From contig PLRU01000034.1 in NCBI GenBank assembly GCA_003164045.1, forward strand, positions 177,406-241,405: 64,000 nt of DNA. Reading direction: 5' to 3'. The notes under the pieces are model-generated. The model searched no databases and was not told the DNA's origin. It worked only from the letters and a program-made list of their open reading frames with translations. Positions within the stretch are counted from its first letter, which is position 1, and each line of letters begins with the position of its first letter. The translations under genes and the position numbers were made by a program. Source of the stretch: Vulcanimicrobiota bacterium (GTDB lineage: Bacteria > Vulcanimicrobiota > Vulcanimicrobiia > Vulcanimicrobiales > Vulcanimicrobiaceae). Of the stretch, positions 59,628-64,000 are shown one piece after another.

Positions 59628-60895
59628 AACTTCGCGACCAGCTCCGGCGCGAATTCCGTCTCCCACGTTTTCCCCACCGGGACGACGGCATCATACGGTC
59701 GCACGCGCTCGTAGGTCGACGGATCGACCCCGCGCGGCGCTTGCCCGTCCTCCACGGCCTTCACCGCTTCCAGCAAGAGCTGGCGGCACGCGATGATCGC
59801 CTTGTCCGTCGTTCCCAAGTGTTCTTTGGATCGATCGCAGATCGCGCCCATGCCCTCTTGCAAGGCCATGTCTTGCGTGTTGATGCCGACGATGCCGGTG
59901 TAGGTCTGCGTCTTCTGCACCGCGCGGTCGATCATGAAATCGTTCGCTAAGTTCTTCTTGAGCTTGAACGTGCCCGGGATCAGATCGTCGACGCCGCGGC
60001 CGAAGCGCGCTTCGTCCTTGGCGTGCCATTCATCCGTGATCGGAATGTTGGCATCGTAGCTCCAGACCATGTTCCAGACCCACGACGTCTCGTCGTCGAT
60101 CGGCACCCAAATGTGCCCGTCGAGACGCGGCACGTCGGCCATCCCGGTGCCCGTCCACGACGTGACGCCGCCGCGCAGCGCCTGCGCCGGCATGATGTAG
60201 TGATAGACGCGCACGTACTTACCGTCGTCGCCGAGGTTGCGCGTCGAAACGTACGTGTACCCGTAATCGGTGCGCTCGACATCGAGGCGCGGCGCGCCAT
60301 CGCGGGCGCGGACCCAGTTCTTGTCGCCGAGCTTATCGTTATGCGCGTACGACGAGTGCGCCGTATCGAGGCCGCCTTCGAGCGCCTGCAGGTAATTTGC
60401 ATCTTCGAACGTCTTGGAGATGCGCCGGTGCGTTGCGGGCGCGCGTACCCATTCGTAGTTCGGCGGCGGCGGTTGCTGCTCGCGCGGGCCCATGTAGATC
60501 CAGATGACGTCGCCGCCTTCCCAGGCCGGGTAGGCGTTGATCGTAACCTTCGTCTTGAAGAGCGAATCCGGCGGCTCCGACGGCATATCGACGCACGTGC
60601 CGTCTTTGTCGAACTTCCAGCCATGATAGACGCAGCGCAGTCCGCACTCTTCGTTGCGGCCGAAGAACATCGGCGCGCGGCGATGCGGACAGAATGCATC
60701 GACGATACCGACGTCGCCGTTCGTGTCGCGGAACGCGACCAAGTCTTCGCCCAGCAAGCGCACGCGCAGCGGCGCACCGTCGGCCTCGAGTTCGCTACTC
60801 ATCAGGGCCGGTTGCCAATACCGCCGCAACAAAGCGCCGCCCGGCGTTCCAGGTCCGACGCGCGTGAGTCGTTCGTTGTCCTGCGGTGTTAACAC
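59624..60895 (-). CDS. phthalate-dioxygenase-type Rieske oxygenase (alpha-only), paralog 2
   Basis: CPHRRAPMFFGRNEECGLRCVYHGW and NYLQALEGGLDTAHSSYAH. It is collinear with 54560..55828. Confidence 0.9.
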   Translation of the reverse strand: MLTPQDNERLTRVGPGTPGGALLRRYWQPALMSSELEADGAPLRVRLLGEDLVAFRDTNGDVGIVDAFCPHRRAPMFFGRNEECGLRCVYHGWKFDKDGTCVDMPSEPPDSLFKTKVTINAYPAWEGGDVIWIYMGPREQQPPPPNYEWVRAPATHRRISKTFEDANYLQALEGGLDTAHSSYAHNDKLGDKNWVRARDGAPRLDVERTDYGYTYVSTRNLGDDGKYVRVYHYIMPAQALRGGVTSWTGTGMADVPRLDGHIWVPIDDETSWVWNMVWSYDANIPITDEWHAKDEARFGRGVDDLIPGTFKLKKNLANDFMIDRAVQKTQTYTGIVGINTQDMALQEGMGAICDRSKEHLGTTDKAIIACRQLLLEAVKAVEDGQAPRGVDPSTYERVRPYDAVVPVGKTWETEFAPELVAKF

Positions 60896-60905
60896 GGTCT
60901 TCTCC

Positions 60906-62396
60906 TCAGAGCGCTATACAGATGTTCTTGAGTTCGCTGTAGAAATCGAGCGAGAGGCGGCCGCCCTCGCGGCCGATCCCGGATTCGCGCATGCCGCCGA
61001 ACGGCGTGCGCAGGTCGCGGACGAACCAGCAATTGACCCACACGATGCCGGCCCGGATCTTGCGCGCCACGCGGTGCGCGCGCTTGAGGTCTTGCGTGAA
61101 GATCGTCGCGGCGAGTCCGTACTTCACGTCATTCGCGATCGCGATGCCCTCTTCTTCGGTGTCGAACGGCATGATCGTCACGACCGGCCCGAAGACTTCT
61201 TCTTGACAGATGCGCATGCTGTTCTTTACATCGACGAACGCCGTCGGCTTGAGGAACGCACCCTTGTCGAAGGGCGGCGGCAAATCGGGGCGCGTGCCGC
61301 CGAAGAGCAGGCGGGCGCCCTCTTTCTTCGCGATCTCGATATAGCTGACGACGCGGTCGTAATGCTCTTTGTCGACGAGCGAACCGATCGAGGTGTCGTG
61401 ATCGAGCGGATCGCCGAACACGAGCGACTCGGCCGCGGCCTGATAGCGCTTGCAGAACTCATCGTAGATCGGGCGTTGCACGAGCAGCCGCGGCGAGGCC
61501 AGGCACACTTCGCCTTGATTGAGGAACGTCGAGCGCGTGGTCTGCGCGATGACGACGTCCATGTCGGCATCCGCGAAAATCACCGCAGCGGCCTTACCGC
61601 CCAGCTCGAACGAGACTTCTTTGAGCCCATCGGCAGCGGCTTTCATGATCGCTTTGCCGGTCGTCGTTTCGCCGGTGAACGAGATGCAGTCCACGCCCGG
61701 ATGTTCGGTGATCGCCGAACCGGCGGCGTTGGGACCGAAGCCCTGCACGATGTTGAGCACGCCCGGCGGCAAGCCGGCTTCGTTGGCGACTTCGCCCAAC
61801 AGGCTCGCGGTGATCGGCGTGAATTCGGCCGGCTTGCACACGACGGTGTTGCCACAGGCGAGCGCCGGGCCGAGCTTCCACGTGAGCAGCAGCAGCGGCA
61901 GATTCCACGGGCTGATGCAGCCGGCGACGCCCACGGGTTCGCGCAGTGCGTAGTTGAGGAACTTGTCGTCGACCGGATTGCAGTCGGTGCCTTCGTACTT
62001 GATCAGCTCGGCGAAAAACTCGAAGTTGTACGCGGCGCGCGGGATGTCGAGATGCGAGCTCTCACGGATCGGCTTGCCGGTATCGAGCGATTCGAGTTCG
62101 CTCCACTCCGGAATGCGCGCCTTGATGCCCGCGGCAAGTTTCATCAAAATCGCCGAGCGTTCGGCGACCGGCATACGCGGCCAGGGGCCCTCGTCGAACG
62201 CTCTGCGCGCGGCCTTGACCGCCAGATCGACGTCGGCGTAATCGGCTTCCGCCACTCGGGCGATCACTTCGCCCGTCGCCGGATTGACGTCGTCGAACGT
62301 CTTGCCGCTGATCGCATCAACGTACTTACCGTCGATGAACAGTTTGACGTCGAGGATGCCCGTCCGCGGACGCGTGCGAATCTCTTGCTGTAACAC
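60906..62396 (-). CDS. NAD(P)-dependent aldehyde dehydrogenase (2-hydroxymuconic-semialdehyde-dehydrogenase-like)
   Basis: ..SFELGGKAAAVIF.. (ELGGK) and ..FLNQGEVCLASPRLLV.. (catalytic Cys). 496 aa. Confidence 0.9.
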   Translation of the reverse strand: MLQQEIRTRPRTGILDVKLFIDGKYVDAISGKTFDDVNPATGEVIARVAEADYADVDLAVKAARRAFDEGPWPRMPVAERSAILMKLAAGIKARIPEWSELESLDTGKPIRESSHLDIPRAAYNFEFFAELIKYEGTDCNPVDDKFLNYALREPVGVAGCISPWNLPLLLLTWKLGPALACGNTVVCKPAEFTPITASLLGEVANEAGLPPGVLNIVQGFGPNAAGSAITEHPGVDCISFTGETTTGKAIMKAAADGLKEVSFELGGKAAAVIFADADMDVVIAQTTRSTFLNQGEVCLASPRLLVQRPIYDEFCKRYQAAAESLVFGDPLDHDTSIGSLVDKEHYDRVVSYIEIAKKEGARLLFGGTRPDLPPPFDKGAFLKPTAFVDVKNSMRICQEEVFGPVVTIMPFDTEEEGIAIANDVKYGLAATIFTQDLKRAHRVARKIRAGIVWVNCWFVRDLRTPFGGMRESGIGREGGRLSLDFYSELKNICIAL

Positions 62397-62398
62397 TT

Positions 62399-62779
62399 CT
62401 ACCCCTTTGCCGTTGCCGTCGCGCGACCGATTCCCCAGTGCACGCTCGGAAAGTCTTGTACTAACACGCGCACGACGCTTTCATCGACGCGATAGATGCG
62501 GGCCAACACTTCGAGCAGCTCGGCGACGAACGCCGCGCGCTTCTCCTCCGGGCGCCCTTCGAGAATCGATGCCCAGGCGACGATATACGGCGGCGCGTCC
62601 GCGCCATGCTTACCCGCAACGATCACATCGGCCGGTTCGAAGTCGACGAACGCAACCCGGACTTGCACCGGTTTGACTTCGAGCTTGCGCACGATGCAAT
62701 CGGCGATCGCGTGGAGGGCTTCGGCGCGCGGCGTGCCCGAGGGCAGCGAAATCGAGGACTCGACGCGGACGATCGGCAT
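62399..62779 (-). CDS. tautomerase-superfamily protein (4-oxalocrotonate tautomerase-like, long form)
   Basis: MPIVRVESS.. has Pro1 after Met. At 126 aa it is about two beta-alpha-beta units long. Confidence 0.75.
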   Translation of the reverse strand: MPIVRVESSISLPSGTPRAEALHAIADCIVRKLEVKPVQVRVAFVDFEPADVIVAGKHGADAPPYIVAWASILEGRPEEKRAAFVAELLEVLARIYRVDESVVRVLVQDFPSVHWGIGRATATAKG

Positions 62780-62798
62780 CGTTACGCGCTCACTCTGC

Positions 62799-63596
62799 TT
62801 AGACGCAGCGCAGCGAGAGCGTGCCGAGCTGGGCGATCGAGACGCGCACGATGTCGCCCGGCGCGATTGAAATCGCGTCGGTCAGAGCGCCCGTCATCAC
62901 CACCGTACCGGCCGGAATCGATTCGCCGTGTTCGGCCATCTTGTTGGCCAGCCACGCGAGCCCCTCAGCGGGATCGCCCAGGATCGCTGCACCGGCGGCG
63001 GTCGATACGACCTCGCCGTTCTTCTCGAACACGACGCCGAGCGTACGCAGGTCCAGCTCTTTGGCCGGTACGCGGAACGCCGAGATCGTGTGCCGCGAGG
63101 CGGACGTGTTGTCGGCGATCACGTCGGTGAACGTGAAGCGGAAGTTCTTGTACCGGCTATCGATGATCTCCATCGCGCAGCTCGCCGAACCGATCGCTTC
63201 GCGGGCCTGATCGGCGGTCACGCCCGGGCCTTGCAGATCGCGGCTCGTGACGATCGCGATTTCGGGTTCCGCCTTGGGATGGATCAGCGACGAGATCGCC
63301 AGCGGTTCGCCTTCGTCGATCATGCGCGACCCGATGAGCAAACCGTAGATCGGCTCGCCGACCGACATCTGCTTCTGCTTCGCAACGCTCGTTAGGCCAA
63401 GCTTGATGCCGGAGATGTGCGTCGCTTCGTCCTTGACGTGCGCGAGGACCAACCGCTTCTGAATGGCGTACGCCGTGCGTTCGTCGAGTTCGGGCCACGT
63501 GTCGGCCAGCGACTCCACCTCGAAGCGGCCATCGGCGGCCGCCTTGAGCGTGCTCAGGGCCCAGTCGGCCTTGTTTGCTGCTGCGACCGAGGTCAT
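62799..63596 (-). CDS. 2-oxopent-4-enoate hydratase / 4-oxalocrotonate decarboxylase family (FAH fold)
   Basis: MTSVAAANKADWALSTLKAAADGRFEV..ERTAYAIQKRLV..GIKLGLTS..GEPIYGLL..PKAEPEIA... The ATG shares one nt with the upstream TGA. Confidence 0.85.
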   Translation of the reverse strand: MTSVAAANKADWALSTLKAAADGRFEVESLADTWPELDERTAYAIQKRLVLAHVKDEATHISGIKLGLTSVAKQKQMSVGEPIYGLLIGSRMIDEGEPLAISSLIHPKAEPEIAIVTSRDLQGPGVTADQAREAIGSASCAMEIIDSRYKNFRFTFTDVIADNTSASRHTISAFRVPAKELDLRTLGVVFEKNGEVVSTAAGAAILGDPAEGLAWLANKMAEHGESIPAGTVVMTGALTDAISIAPGDIVRVSIAQLGTLSLRCV

Positions 63597-64000
63597 CAGA
63601 CGGCCGCGAGTTCCGGCGCGGACGCTTCGTTCTGCGCGGCCGCGAGTTCGATCGCACACTCCACGATGATGTCTTCTTGTCCGCCGACCGCTTTGCGATG
63701 GCCGACGGCCTCGAGAATCTTGGCCGTCGGAACGCCGAAACGTTTCGATGCATTTTCGGCGTGGCGCATGAAGCTCGAGTACACGCCGGCGTAGCCCAGC
63801 ACGAGTGCTGCGCGGTTGACGATCGGCGTGATGCCGATCTCGCCGCCGATGATGTCTTCCGCGACGTTCATCACGCCGTAGAGATCGATGCCCGTCTCCC
63901 AGCCCATCTTGTTGAAGACCGCAACGATCGCTTCGGTCGCGGCGTTACCCGCGCCGGCGCCGAGCCCACGGCACGCGCCGTCGATGTTGTCGGCGCCCGC
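63596..64000 (-). CDS. 4-hydroxy-2-oxovalerate aldolase (DmpG-like), C-terminal part (gene runs off the window end)
   Basis: ..GAGAGNAATEAIVAVFNKMGWETGIDLYGVMNVAEDIIGGEIGITPIVNRAALVLGYAGVYSSFMRHAE.. is the typical DmpG/MhpE C-terminal communication domain. Confidence 0.85.
   Translation of the reverse strand, partial: AGADNIDGACRGLGAGAGNAATEAIVAVFNKMGWETGIDLYGVMNVAEDIIGGEIGITPIVNRAALVLGYAGVYSSFMRHAENASKRFGVPTAKILEAVGHRKAVGGQEDIIVECAIELAAAQNEASAPELAAV

Noticed and set aside
1-64000. CRISPR arrays, rRNA genes, IS elements and toxin-antitoxin or other recognisable defence modules.
   Set aside because: No spaced direct repeats, no rRNA-like sequence, no terminal inverted repeats with a transposase, and no small paired ORFs with TA or defence hallmarks were seen anywhere in the window.

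Overview
GC-rich, densely coding bacterial chromosomal segment. There are no rRNA genes, CRISPR arrays, transposases or integrases. Many long antisense 'shadow' ORFs are ignored.

Content from left to right:
- A PAS sensor fragment, an OmpR-type regulator and a tandem USP.
- A VIT1 transporter.
- A tandem pair of paralogous Rieske oxygenases.
- A tRNA-Thr(CGU) locus. Its 3' half is duplicated 3 kb away as a perfect 60-bp direct repeat. The repeats bracket a small, integrase-less and partly decayed insertion.
- A roughly 11-kb translationally coupled minus-strand aromatic-catabolism operon: two hydrolases, Rieske alpha/beta, a VOC protein, two LigB-like proteins, an SBP, a hydrolase, an SBP and UbiD. 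It sits under a divergent LysR regulator.
- A four-gene overlapping MetV / MTHFR / DUF185(MidA)-like / short 'core-MetE' operon. I rate this the most system-like novelty in the window.
- Glutaryl-CoA dehydrogenase coupled to an orphan dioxygenase-beta-like protein.
- A selenocysteine-containing FdnG-FdnH-NrfD-FdhD formate dehydrogenase operon with an in-frame TGA and a SECIS-like hairpin.
- Cystathionine gamma-lyase/synthase, PEP carboxylase, XdhC plus a MocA-like protein, and a TPR-sulfotransferase.
- A phthalate-type module (three PDO-like Rieske oxygenases, an SBP-fold decarboxylase, a Zn-ADH) joined to a meta-cleavage lower pathway: ALDH, tautomerase, hydratase/decarboxylase and aldolase.

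Recurring oddities:
- Six Rieske oxygenases but no reductase or ferredoxin.
- Four secreted paralogous NMT1-type binding proteins but no permease or ATPase.
- Several genes whose conserved N-termini lack any ATG/GTG/TTG start.
- Several pseudogenes.

All assignments come from by-eye motif recognition. No database search was run.
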